A stretch of DNA of 63,860 nt, counting the filler, from Octopus bimaculoides (taxonomy: Eukaryota): the NCBI RefSeq assembly GCF_001194135.2. It is 5 parts of 4 records of this genome, joined end to end, with 100 filler letters (N's around TTAATTAATTAA, not from the genome) between each part and the next. Parts side by side here need not be neighbours in the genome. Positions count along the whole stretch, not along the records: positions 40,958 to 58,403 come from NC_068983.1; positions 58,504 to 61,809 come from NC_068983.1; positions 61,910 to 63,860 come from NW_026351306.1; 2 more parts are not named here. The stretch is one strand, 5' to 3'. Shown here piece after piece: positions 51,855 through 63,699 of this stretch. The notes under the pieces are model-generated. The model worked only from the letters and a program-made list of their open reading frames with translations, searched no databases and was not told where the DNA came from. The stretch's first letter is position 1. Every line of letters starts with the position of its first letter. Position numbers and translations under genes: made by a program.

Positions 51855-52050
51855 TTCTTTTATTTGTCTCAGTCATTTGACTGCAGCCATGCTGGAGCAT
51901 CACATTTAGTCGAGCAAATCGGCCCCGTGACTTATTCTTTTTAAGCCTAGTACTTATTCTATAGGTCTCTTTTGCCGAACTGCTAAGTTACAGGGACGTA
52001 AACACACCAGCATCGGTTATCAAGTGATGTTGGGCGGACAAACACAGACA
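51855..52050 (-). mobile_element. SINE family A, 3' half
   Basis: CAGTCATTTGACTGCAGCCATGCTGGAGCA tail; directly abuts the Penelope remnant. Confidence 0.85.
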
Positions 52051-52081
52051 CACAAACATATACATATACATATATGTATAT

Positions 52082-53836
52082 TGTTCCGATATACCCATGG
52101 GCGCGCAAGACTCCGCTGAAGTGACCGACTTAGTCGGAATTTATCTTTCACACTTACTCAAAGAAGTATTCCCTGAATTAGGAGGTGGTCTTTACCGCGA
52201 CGACACACTATTCTTAGTTAGAAATACCTCCAACTGAAAACTTGAGCTATACAAAAAACATTACATAATTTCTTCAAAAACCAAGGACTAGTCATCACCA
52301 TTGAAAAAGATAACAACTCAGCGAACTTCCTAGACGTTAACTTTAACCTTAATACTTCATCTTATCAACCTTACCATAAACCTAATAATAATATCACATG
52401 CACAAAATAACCATCCTTATAATATTATAAAAAATCTAACCTCTAACATTGAAAGTAGAATTAACTTATTATCCAATGTATAAATTTTTAACAAACATAA
52501 AGACTACTATAATCTAACATTTAAGAAGCCACGATACAAATATCGAATTAAGTACAAGATCAATACCACCTATTATAATTATTCCAATAATTATCTAGAT
52601 AAGAACAGCACCGACCATGTTATTGAACCTAAATCAACTGGTGAATTAGAAAACCCTGACAAACAATCAAATGCTTTCAATAATAATCAGCAATATATTA
52701 GCAACAGACACAGATCCTACAACAACAGACATAATAATAAACACTATCAATATGAGCACCACAACCATAACCCCACTAAAAGAACTAATAACACAAATAT
52801 TACCAAGTCACAAAACACTACCTACACTGTAAATAATGTAATTAAACCCAAGTATACGGACAATAAATACCGAAAAGAATTAATTATAGATAGAAATAAG
52901 AACATTAAACCAACACACTTAAATCAAACTTATCCCACTACATCTAATCCTTCTAATAATTTACATATCCGCAAAAATCATATTAATAAAGTTAGGAATA
53001 ATATAGAAAAAAGAAACCTATACCATATGTAAGAATAGATGGTCCAGAAAATATAAACCACTACGACAATTAAAAAAATCAACATCATTTGGAACATAAT
53101 TCCTTTTGAAAAAAATCTAAAATTTAATTTTATAAAATCCATTAGAAATATTATTTTAAAAAACTCTAAATATAGAAAAATATTTAATAACAAAATGACC
53201 AGATTTGGATTTTCAGTATCTCCAAACCTATTTAGGATCATCTCTTCATTTAACAATAAGAAACTAGACCAATTCTATTATAAAAATACTCTTTATAATA
53301 TACCTAATAACCCCAATAATTCCATATCTAATAACTAAAATTATCAGAATAATCAAAACTCAGTTACCCTTAATACATATAGACATAACAGTAGAATACC
53401 AACTAATAATTATAATTGTAATTGTAGAAACCCAAGTACTTGTGAAGTAGATGGAAACTGTAAAATGAAAGATGTAGTATACCAAGCAACAATTATTACC
53501 CATAATCACTCTAAATTTACTTACATCGGGTGTACACAAAATTCTTTCAAATTAAGATTAAATAATCATAAATCATCTTTTAATGACCCTCGAAAAAAAA
53601 ATAGCGCAGGTCTATCCAAAAAAGTTTGGCAATTTAAAAGAGGCAATATAGATTACTCGATTTCTTGGAAAATAATTTCTTAAGTCCCATCTTATAGACA
53701 TAACAAGATCTGCAAATTATGCCTCGAAGAAAGTTATAAAATAATGAAAATGAATGGGCTTCTTGTTAATACGAGAGATGAAAAAGTTTTTTCTTGCTGA
53801 CATATGTCAAAATTTCTTTTTATTAATCTTAAATAA
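52082..53836 (+). mobile_element. 5'-truncated Penelope-like retroelement (RT + C-terminal GIY-YIG endonuclease), pseudogenised
   Basis: One main frame gives DIPMGAQDSAEVTDLVGIYL, GGGLYRDD (YRDD at 52193-52204), NFLDVNFNL, YQPYHKPNN and INIIWNIIPF. It continues CNCRNPSTCEVDGNCKMKDVVYQATI..TYIGCTQNSFKLRLNNHKSSF and CKLCLEE..LVNTRDE..C*H. Several stops; followed by (CA)n. Confidence 0.93.
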
Positions 53837-53839
53837 TCT

Positions 53840-53879
<40 letters not shown>

Positions 53880-54713
53880 CTTTAACTCTTTTTGTCTTTA
53901 TCTTATTCCTTCTCCTTATAATTAAGTTTTTTGTATAATATTTCTCTTTATATTATTCCTATCTATGGTACCAGATTTCTTTTCTATAATATTCTCTACA
54001 TTAATCATCTTAAGCTACTATTATGCAACCATCCCCCTCTATATAGTATGACCCTCCTTTTATTAATAAAACATCTCTACCAAATCTTCATATACCCCCT
54101 TTTTTCTCAACATATTTTTTNNNNNNNNNNNNNNNNNNNNNNNNNNNNNNNNNNNNNNNNNNNNNNNNNNNNNNNNNNNNNNNNNNNNNNNNNNNNNNNN
54201 NNNNNNNNNNNNNNNNNNNNNNNNNNNNNNNNNNNNNNNNNNNNNNNNNNNNNNNNNNNNNNNNNNNNNNNNNNNNNNNNNNNNNNNNNNNNNNNNNNNN
54301 NNNNNNNNNNNNNNNNNNNNNNNNNNNNNNNNNNNNNNNNNNNNNNNNNNNNNNNNNNNNNNNNNNNNNNNNNNNNNNNNNNNNNNNNNNNNNNNNNNNN
54401 NNNNNNNNNNNNNNNNNNNNNNNNNNNNNNNNNNNNNNNNNNNNNNNNNNNNNNNNNNNNNNNNNNNNNNNNNNNNNNNNTTTTAAAAAAACTACCTCTC
54501 TTAACTATCCCAATTTTTATTTTTATTTTTTAATTATTATTTAGGGTTTCTTGCAAATCTACCTGATATTAATCAAATCTTACACATGACATATGCTTAT
54601 ATTTATAGTAATCCTTGGTGCAAAAAATCCCTTCCACAAAATGTACACACTCTCATAGATATTGTTTATTATTTATCATTTTGTGTTATATATCTAAATA
54701 GATTTATAGCATT

Positions 54714-54808
<95 letters not shown>

Positions 54809-54909
54809 CATTGTTATCATTATTATTATCATTATTACTATTATTATTATTATTGCTAATAATGTTTATTAACTTTATATTAACACCGATTAATAGATTA
54901 TATATTGTG

Positions 54910-54971
<62 letters not shown>

Positions 54972-55295
54972 ACACCTTGGACAAGTGTCTTCTATTATAG
55001 CCTCAGGCCGACCAAATCCTTGTCAGTGGATTTGGTAGATGGAAAGTGAAAGAAATCTGTCGTATATGTGTATATATATGTATATGTGTGTCTGTATTTG
55101 TCCCCCCCCCCAACATCGCTTGACAATTGGTGCTGGTGTGTTTACGTCCCCGTAACCTACCGGTTAGGCAAAATACACCGATAGAATAAGTACTAGGCTT
55201 ACAAAGAATAAGTCCTGGAGTCGATTTGCTCGACTAAAGGTGATGCTCCAGTATGGCCACAGTCAAATGACTGTAACAAGTAAAAGATAGTAAAG
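54972..55295 (+). mobile_element. SINE family A, 5'-truncated
   Basis: CACCTTGGACAAGTGTCTTC through GTCAAATGACTGTAACAAGTAAAAG. Confidence 0.85.
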
Positions 55296-55297
55296 TA

Positions 55298-55334
<37 letters not shown>

Positions 55335-56694
55335 GACTTTTGGTATAAATTTAGTACCATGCTCATTAGGGCGCAAAAGATGGCGGTGGTAGACATGAAA
55401 AATCATACAGAGGTGATGACAAAGAAAAAATTCCACACAGCAGTTGCAATAAACAATACGCGCAGAGAAGACGAGAGATAAAAAAAAATTATGCAGTGGA
55501 GGCCGTATGAGTTAAATAATGGTCCTTACTCCAAAACAGAAGTCATACTTTACAATTTCCGTAAGTGCAGAATTCCATAATAAAGAGAATCGAGCTATGT
55601 ATCGCTTCCATAAAATGCAGTTTCTAAGAATAGAACTCGATTAATTTATATCCGCTTTTGGCGGTTCTTATATCTGTAAATGCTTTTTTTTTTATTTTTT
55701 AATATTCAGATGTCACAAGTTTCTTAGTTGTGGAGAATACCTGCAATCGATTGATAAACTATTCATTGGTAATATTTATGTCTTTTATGCTTAATTAACT
55801 TTATTGATTCCGGAGCTATGCTATGGCTGTGTTCGCGCCGGCAGCTTGCGGAGGAAATATTTAAATAACAATCAGTAATATCATCCGTATAAACTTGAAT
55901 AAATTCTAACTAACGACTCAATGTAAATTTTTATGTATAGATTCCTCGGCTTTTACTTAGAAAACAATTTTAATGTTCTATTGACTATTATGTTCTGGAG
56001 TATTTCAGAGTTGTATTTCACATATACACTTTTTAATCTCAAGACTAAAGATATAAATTAACCAGGTTAAATTCGTAAGAATATAAACCAGCTACTGTTA
56101 TAGGAAAAACTGAACGGACTTACCTTGCTAATTTGCTTAATCCTAATATCCTTCTATTTGGCAAATAACCAATGGATACCTGGAAAAAGAACAAAGATAT
56201 AGACATAATTATAAAGGGTTAATAAACTGCTAGGGAGACATGTACAAGTAAGAGAGAAAGAAGTATGGAAGAAAGATTTTTTCAATTTTTTTATCAAAAT
56301 ATATCACTTTATTCTACCAGTCCATATAAAACTTGAAATGAAAGTAAACACAAATATGTATTTGAATTGTTAAGTTCAAAAGTTCAACAAAACACAATGA
56401 AAGTTTCAAAATCCAATTAGATATCTCGGAACTACTTAAAGAGTTCTTCGTCATGTAGTTTATGAAAGGAAAATCAGACTGGGGAAATCTATTCTTTTAC
56501 AAATTATAATTTCAGGAGCATTTGAACTCAGTGTTTCAAAATAAGGAAATACCTGTGGAGCAGGAGGCGGAGCAGTTCTGTATAAAATATCTTACGATTT
56601 TACATAGTTCTATCACTGTGTCCAAAGTCTAAATCTCATCGGTGTACATTTTATTTGATCACTCTAATAAAAAATCCTAGTCATTTACTTTGTA

Positions 56695-56955
56695 CAGTAA
56701 TACCTCACTTTACGAGGAATCACTTTACGATACCTCGGGTTTACAAGTTTTATTTTATAACAAATATGAAAAGGTTAAACGTCCATTTTGTGTGTGTGGC
56801 AACGTCGCAACATGTGGCAACAGTGGTTCTGACGCGTCTACACAGCAACGAAGTAAAATGACGGCATAAAATTTCATTGGTACTATGGGAAATTATTACT
56901 CTGCTTTACGAGCGATCTCCGGGAACAAATTAACTTGTATATCGAGTCATTACTA
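56695..56955. mobile_element. pogo/Tigger-like MITE
   Basis: Left end TA|CAGTAATACCTCACTTTACGAG; right end CTTGTATATCGAGTCATTACTA is its imperfect reverse complement. Confidence 0.6.
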
Positions 56956-57489
56956 CACTAGTGTCAGAAATCAGTTTTACAATAGTTTCAATGCTACTAG
57001 CATAGAATGGTATCAATGTATAACTTGATATTGATTGGTGTCAATGTATAACAATGTATATAACTTGATGGACTGGCTGATAAGTGAATACCTACCATAT
57101 AGCATTTACTGGAGACGTGGTTTTGTAATACAACACTTTATTCACTCGTTTAAAGTGCAGATCTCATCCGTTAAATAGGGCCAGGCGAAAGAGCACTGTG
57201 GAGGCCCCGATCCCTCGTTATTGCTCTAAAGACAACACTTTTCTGCCATAGGCTCGAGCTGACCTCTAATTTGTGAATGGAATATAGTGAACGGAAACTG
57301 TGAGAAACTCAGTGAAATATATATTACTTTTAACTGCTTCACGGAGAGAGTGTAGCCATGTTAGAGCACCATCATTATATATATATACATATATATATAC
57401 TCTTTTATAAATGCCCAGCCTATTCCCCATTTTTAGGAGGTGGTAGCCATAACAAGACACACACCAGGCACTCTATTCATTTCCCATTC

Positions 57490-57880
57490 ATTAAAAGTAT
57501 TTTGACACTGTTTACGGATTAAAATATTTTGGAGATTACATAGACAGTATTTTACGTAGGATATGGGCAGCTCCCATGAGCACTATTCTTCGAATTTCTT
57601 CCAATTTTCGATTTCCTGGTATTTGAGCTAGGTAGCGATTAGCCCCATTTGCTATCATTCCTAGGGCACCTATGGCAACATATGACAACAAGCGAGTCCT
57701 GCTTATTATAACTAGAAACGGCTTTGATGAAAGTAGCATTAATTTTCTTAGGTCGTTAAATTTCCCTCAATTGATCAATACACTCTCTGTAAAAACCAGT
57801 TTGTCTGGAGCCCATCTACGGATTTACAATATAGAATTGTGGTGAAACATAACTTTGAACCCTGTCATAAGATTACCTGA
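57490..57880 (-). mobile_element. R4/Dong-like 3' end (RLE C-terminus)
   Basis: VAIGALGMIA..YLAQIPGNRKLEEIRRIVLMGAAHILRKILSM*, matching the GALG..LLGTAHILRKVL terminus of RLE LINEs. Confidence 0.8.
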
Positions 57881-58245
57881 AGTTCTTCCCTAATCTAAGT
57901 AATATTGTTAGCCTGGTGTACCAATAGAGAGCTTATGAAGTATTTTACCCAGAAAACACTCCCCAAGATGCCACGCAGTTGAACAGCGCTCGAAACCATG
58001 TGGTTGTAAAGCAAGGTTCTGAATTAGACAACCACACCCATACCCATGTCGTTTTCTCATTAGCTACAACATACAAGTTAATCTAATAATTCAAGATATA
58101 TGTATTTTTACGTGTTTGCTTTGTGTGTTTAACTGGTCAATATTTATCATGTAACCGTAAACGATTTATTGAACACTTTGAGTTATATGACTCAGATAAG
58201 CTCGGTCTCATTGTTGTTTTCAATACGTATACGATTAAATCATGC

Positions 58246-58278
<33 letters not shown>

Positions 58279-58521
58279 TATATATATATATATAATTTTC
58301 CAGAGGATGTAGCAACCGTTACCAATATAGCATAAGAACTTACCTTAGGGGATCATTAACTAGATTCCTTAAGGGTCTTTCTCACAGTTTATATTTATAT
58401 TATNNNNNNNNNNNNNNNNNNNNNNNNNNNNNNNNNNNNNNNNNNNNTTAATTAATTAANNNNNNNNNNNNNNNNNNNNNNNNNNNNNNNNNNNNNNNNN
58501 NNNTATATATATGATTGTGTG

Positions 58522-58565
<44 letters not shown>

Positions 58566-58889
58566 CATATGCATGTATTGCATGTAAATATGTACGCAGG
58601 TATATATGTGTAGGACATGCAATTGCTGGTATTATCAAATAAACGATTACGTATGATAACGATCGATAGTAATGTGGTAACCCGAGTAAGAAAAAGACAA
58701 TCCACATTAACGCCCAAAACAGTAAAACAAATCATTGTGATCTGATATAAGAACAAAGAAATAAACTTGTAAACAGAGAAATAGGCAGAGAAACCTACAA
58801 ACAATATTCTGTAGGAATGAGAGAATAGAAAGACAAATGCATAATAAAAGCATGAATTAAGAATGTCCTGTAAATCTGAGAAGTAGAAA

Positions 58890-59590
58890 GATACAGAGAG
58901 AAAGAGAGAGAGAGAGGGAGTGAGAGTAACAGGGGAAAGAGGGAACAAGGGGAGAAGGCGAAGGAGAGAGGGTTAGCGAGAGAGGAGAGAGGGAGAGAGG
59001 GACAGAAAAGGTTAGAGAGAGAGAGGAGAAAGGGAGAGATAGGAGAGACGGAGCGAGAGAGAGAGAAGAGAGGGAGAGAGAGGAGAGAGGAAGAGTGAAG
59101 GGGTTATAGAGAGAGAAAGTGAAAAGAGAGTGAGAGGAGAGATGGTGAGAGAGATGGTAAGAGAGAGGGCGAGAGAGAGGAGAGATAGTGGAGGAAGGAG
59201 AAAGAGTGAACAAGGGTGTAGGTATAGAAGGAGAGAGAGAGAGGGAGGAGAGAAGATGAAAGAGAGGGTGAAAGAGAGGAGAGAAAGAGGAGGAAGAAGG
59301 AGAAAGAGTGATCAAGGGGAGTAGGTGAAAGAGGAGTGAAGGAGGAGAGAGTCAGAGTGAGGGGGAGTGAGAGGGGAGAAGCAGAAAGAGGGAACAAGGA
59401 GATAAGGCGAAGAAAGAGAGAGGCAGAGAGAGGTGAAAAGAGAGAGTGAGGGAGAGAGAGGCGGAGGGAGAAAAAGTGAAGAAGGGAAGTAGGTAACGAG
59501 GGAGTGAGAGAAAAAGAGTGAGAGAGAGAGAGAGAGGGAAGAAGTAGAAAGAAAGAATAAGGGGAGAAGGCGGAAAAGGAGAGACGATGG
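58890..59590. repeat. ~700-bp GA-rich polypurine tract
   Basis: Direct reading. Confidence 0.95.
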
Positions 59591-59657
59591 TGTGTTGTAC
59601 TGGAATATTATGTTCATTAACCATTTGCCTGTGCTGTGTATCGCGTGTGACAGACAG

Positions 59658-59746
59658 GAGATATTTCCCTGGTATCCATATAGTATATATGATAAACATT
59701 CTTAATTCTTTTGTCAACCACCACGATAAATTGGGACTTATGAAAG
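59658..59746 (+). CDS. Candidate exon (speculative)
   Basis: GACAGACAG acceptor and AAG|GTAAGT donor; RYFPGIHIVYMINILNSFVNHHDKLGLMK. No homology recognised. Confidence 0.22.
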
Positions 59747-60223
59747 GTAAGTTTTATATCACTCAGGACGTATGAAACGAAGGCTCATTAAAAATCTGAA
59801 ACCAAGGACAGACGTTTAGGAGAAAATTATGAAAATGCCATGGTTAAATTTATTTTATTTTCTATGAATCCTGACATGAACATAATCAGGATATCATTGG
59901 CTTGAACGAAGAAAACATATATATATATTTATGTATGGTCTGGCTAAGTCAAAATGGTTTTTTGTATTCTTCCTTTCTACTTGGAGAGTTTAAATGTAGT
60001 TACAAAAATATGCCCTTCTGTTTAAATGTAATTTCAGTAAATTTCTATATCTTTGTGCAGCTGAGGATTGCTCTGCATTTTACATTTCATGTAATGTTCA
60101 CATTGCTTAAATAAATGGAGTCGCATGAAACGATCGTACTGCATTAACTTTGGATGTCCTTGTTGCTTATTTTGATATATTTATGTATATATAGATAGAT
60201 ATATTTACACCCACACACAGACA

Positions 60224-60261
<38 letters not shown>

Positions 60262-60267
60262 TGTATT

Positions 60268-60496
60268 AAAAGAATACAAATAGGGTTTAAAAATTACTAC
60301 AGCTGTTTCAGTGGAAGTTTGTAGATGTATTCATGGATCACATCATAGCTTATATCCACCATCGTCAGTTAAAATGTGTTGTTTAAAGTTTTATCTGAAG
60401 ATGGTGGATTATATGTTATGATGTAATCTATAAATACGTCAATAAAATTCTACCAAAACAGCTGTAGTAAATTTTAAACCTCACTTGTATTCTTTT
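60268..60496. ncRNA. Inverted pair of hammerhead-like motifs (third family, long stem II)
   Basis: Minus: CTGACGA-T-GGTGGA...TTCCACT-GAAAC-AGCT-GTA (60368->60298). Plus: CTGAAGA-T-GGTGGA...TTCTACC-AAAAC-AGCT-GTA (60395-60466). Confidence 0.6.
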
Positions 60497-60858
60497 TTTT
60501 TATATCTACACCGTCCCTGGAACTAACCCTGTGTCGGATCTACGGTTTAAATTGCATTTGGTACTTGCGTATCTACATATCTGCAGTATAGTAACACACA
60601 CTACCTCATGGTTGTTTCACCTTACTGTGAATTATTTTATGGCACCTAGCCAGTTCTGGCGTCCTACGCGTTGATGCGCCTAGATTCTAATGAATCCTGT
60701 AACTAATCTGTATATATGTGAATGTATATGCACTATAACACTGCTGTCATGCTCAATATGCAAAAACGCAAATTATGTACTGCATGCACATTCAGTATTG
60801 TCATGTTAACTATCTACCACGCACACCTGTCATATACTCTCAAATATGCTACAATTTA

Positions 60859-60892
<34 letters not shown>

Positions 60893-60970
60893 AGTTTGTT
60901 TATATGTTTGTCTCTGTGTTTGTGTGTCTCTCTCTTTCTCTCTATCTGTCTTTATCTCTATCTCTCTTTA

Positions 60971-61004
<34 letters not shown>

Positions 61005-61045
61005 CACACACACACATACAGATACACACGCACACACTCACAAAC

Positions 61046-61170
61046 ACAAAGGAGCGCTGAAAAGTTCCTGGTTTTGGGTAAAAGAAAATAACATGAAAAT
61101 CAGTTAATAATGATTTTATCGAACATATTCCTCTCTCAGATTCACTCACTTATTGCAGCGGTCCTTCAGT
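61046..61170 (+). mobile_element. Mariner-like terminal fragment
   Basis: AAGGAGCGCTGAAAAGTTCCTGG resembles mariner TIR starts; only one end is visible. Confidence 0.35.
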
Positions 61171-61800
61171 TTTTCATTCTTTCTCCATTATTTTCCTCTT
61201 GATCTTTTTTGTCGAAGAGCGCAGGCTCGAAGCGTAAAAGCCTTTTTCATTTTTCCCAAGCGTTAAACTAATACACCTGATTGTTGTTCATACACCTGTC
61301 TTTGTCTTTTGTTTTTCTGTAAACGTTCACTCACACATACACACGTAAGCAGCCAAAACCGCAAACACACCACACACACACCACACACACAACATATACT
61401 CACACATACACACACACACGCTATTACGCACACCCACACACACACACACACACACCAGACTTGCGTGCACGCACATACGCACACACGCATACATACCTCA
61501 TCTTACACTCTCCTGTCTTAGAAAGAACTTTTTCTTAATGTCTCCATTCCCTTCCGGTCATTTCTTCACACATTTCCTTCCGGTCATTTCGAAATGTAAA
61601 CACATGTGATTCGTTGGCGATTTTCTTCCTCTGTCTTCCTTTTTATTGAACTTTCCTCTCTTTCCGAAGAAGAGCGTCTGCTCGAAATGTTAAGCTAGCT
61701 TTCTTTCCTTCCCCAAGCGTCTGCTAATACTTTACATGTACCACATCCTCACGTTGTTGATTTTTGTGTTCGTTCTTCTTCTTTTTGGAGATGTACTATG
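61170..61800 (+). mobile_element. Two diverged copies of the GAGC-stem hammerhead pseudo-LTR repeat
   Basis: 61204-61240 TTGTCGA-A-GAGC(GCAG)GCTC-GAAGC-GTA and 61659-61696 CCGAAGA-A-GAGC(GTCT)GCTC-GAAAT-GTT. Each is followed by CCCAAGCGT..CTAATAC, as in the 19.2/30.5 kb copies. Confidence 0.55.
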
Positions 61801-61909
61801 TATATATATNNNNNNNNNNNNNNNNNNNNNNNNNNNNNNNNNNNNNNNNNNNNTTAATTAATTAANNNNNNNNNNNNNNNNNNNNNNNNNNNNNNNNNNN
61901 NNNNNNNNN

Positions 61910-62400
61910 CATAGTGTATCTAGGACTACATTATCTAATGTGTCCTTCCTTGTTGTTGTAGTTTAGCCCTAGGTCAGTCCTGATCCAGACAGACCTATGA
62001 TCAAAGATGTTTCAGCTGTGACCATCCTGTCTTTTATTCAGGCATAGTGTATCTAGGACTACATTATCTAATGTGTCCTTCTTTGTTCTTGTTTAGCCCC
62101 AGGTCAGTCCTGATCCAGTAGACCTGTGATCAAAGATGTTCCCGCTGTGACCATCCTGTCTTTTACTTAGACACAGTGTATCTGGGACTACATTATCTAA
62201 TGTGTCCTTCGTTGTCATTATTGTTTAACCCCAGGCCAGTCCTGATCCAGACAGACCTATGATCAAAGACGTTCCAGCTATGACTATCGTGTCTTTTATT
62301 TAGACATAGTGTATCTAGGATTACATTATCTAATGTGTCCTTTGCTGCTGCTGCTTTTCAGCCCCCAGGTCAGTCCTGATCCAGCAGACTTTTGATCAAA
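61910..62400 (+). repeat. ~132-bp tandem repeat (3.7 units) related to a dispersed repeat
   Basis: Units start at 61910, 62043, 62172 and 62305 (CATAGTGTATCTAGGACTACATTATCTAATGTGTCC...). Single diverged copies lie at ~24290-24440(-), 28310-28430(-), 9190-9290(-) and 10630-10710(+). Confidence 0.9.
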
Positions 62401-62931
62401 AATGCGCGCGCGCGCGTTTGCTCCCCCACCACCGCTTGACAACCAAAGTTGGTTTGTTTTCATNNNNNNNNNNNNNNNNNNNNNNNNNNNNNNNNNNNNN
62501 NNNNNNNNNNNNNNNNNNNNNNNNNNNNNNNNNNNNNNNNNNNNNNNNNNNNNNNNNNNNNNNNNNNNNNNNNNNNNNNNNNNNNNNNNNNNNNNNNNNN
62601 NNNNNNNNNNNNNNNNNNNNNNNNNNNNNNNNNNNNNNNNNNNNNNNNNNNNNNNNNNNNNNNNNNNNNNNNNNNNNNNNNNNNNNNNNNNNNNNNNNNN
62701 NNNNNNNNNNNNNNNNNNNNNNNNNNNNNNNNNNNNNNNNNNNNNNNNNNNNNNNNNNNNNNNNNNNNNNNNNNNNNNNNNNNNNNNNNNNNNNNNNNNN
62801 NNNNNNNNNNNNNNNNNNNNNNNNNNNNNNNNNNNNNNNNNNNNNNNNNNNNNNNNNNNNNNNNNNNNNNNNNNNNNNNNNNNNNNNNNNNNNNNNNNNN
62901 NNNNNNNNNNNNNNNNNNNNNNNNNNNNNNN

Positions 62932-62975
<44 letters not shown>

Positions 62976-63051
62976 AATCAATATGGTGGTTAGTCCTGTT
63001 AGAAATAGCAGCCAAGTCTCCCTGAAACCACACCCTATATCTTAAGTATAA

Positions 63052-63264
63052 CCCTTTAGCGTTCAGATTACTGTCAAATTTAATCCTTATTTATTCGCAT
63101 TATTTTGAATTAATCACAGATTATCTCGTAACTCTGGGATTTCAATGATGGAACTGTTTAATTTTTGAATGACATTGTAGGGTAGGTATGAGAGGCCTGA
63201 TCCTTAACTGGTTTGAAACATGGAATATTTGAGCCTAATATAGCTGGGTTAAATGCTAAATGGG
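63052..63264. mobile_element. piggyBac-like MITE
   Basis: Ends (T)AA|CCCTTTAGCGTTCAGA ... AAATGCTAAATGGG: CCC/GGG termini, ~210 bp, non-coding. Confidence 0.55.
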
Positions 63265-63524
63265 CAAGCATCATACTCTTCCCTTTCATTCACAACAAAC
63301 AAGAAAGGGTCTGCCTTAATTCTTTACCTACCAAGCCAACTGGTACCAAATTTTGTCCCCTAATTTCTTTCACACCAAAAATCTAATTCGGTTACAAATT
63401 ATGTGATCTTCCAATGTTTTTAACCATACATGTCCTAATTCACTATATGTGAGGCGGTACCAAAGGGTTTCCGTACTAGTTATGTCTAATAAAAAATAAC
63501 TTATTTACCAAAGTTTTCACATCA

Positions 63525-63690
63525 TCATCATCATCATCATCATCATCATTTAACGTTTGCTTTCCATGCTGGCATGGGTTGCACAGTTTGACTGAAAACT
63601 GGTAAGCCGGGCAGCTGCACTAGGTTCCAATCTGATTTGGCAAGGTTTCTATAGCTGAATGCCATTCCTAACACCAACCACTCCACGAAT
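63525..63690 (-). mobile_element. SINE/LINE-tail fragment (Ceph-domain-like) with (GAT)n tail
   Basis: Minus strand GGTTGGTGTTAGGAATGGCATTCAGCTATAGAAACC resembles the cephalopod SINE central motif; ends in (GAT)n. Confidence 0.5.
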
Positions 63691-63699
63691 GTTCTTCTT

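Noticed and set aside
52234-53802. In-frame TGA codons in the Penelope ORF as selenocysteine (as in some Naiad PLEs)
   Set aside because: The TGA in C*H sits where Arg is expected (CRH), consistent with CGA->TGA decay. TAA/TAG stops also occur, and the domain order is RT then EN, not Naiad-like.
58123-58335. FIEHFELYDSDKLGL resembling the DKLGL of the 59.7 kb candidate exon
   Set aside because: No usable AG acceptor upstream; a 5-aa match is compatible with chance.
58890-59590. Polypurine tract as a functional triplex element
   Set aside because: Such GA tracts are common in this kind of genome and nothing specific supports a function.
61910-62400. Possible CRISPR-like array or hammerhead retrozyme in the 132-bp tandem repeat
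   Set aside because: Whole units repeat with no unique spacers, and no CUGANGA...GAAA topology is present on either strand.
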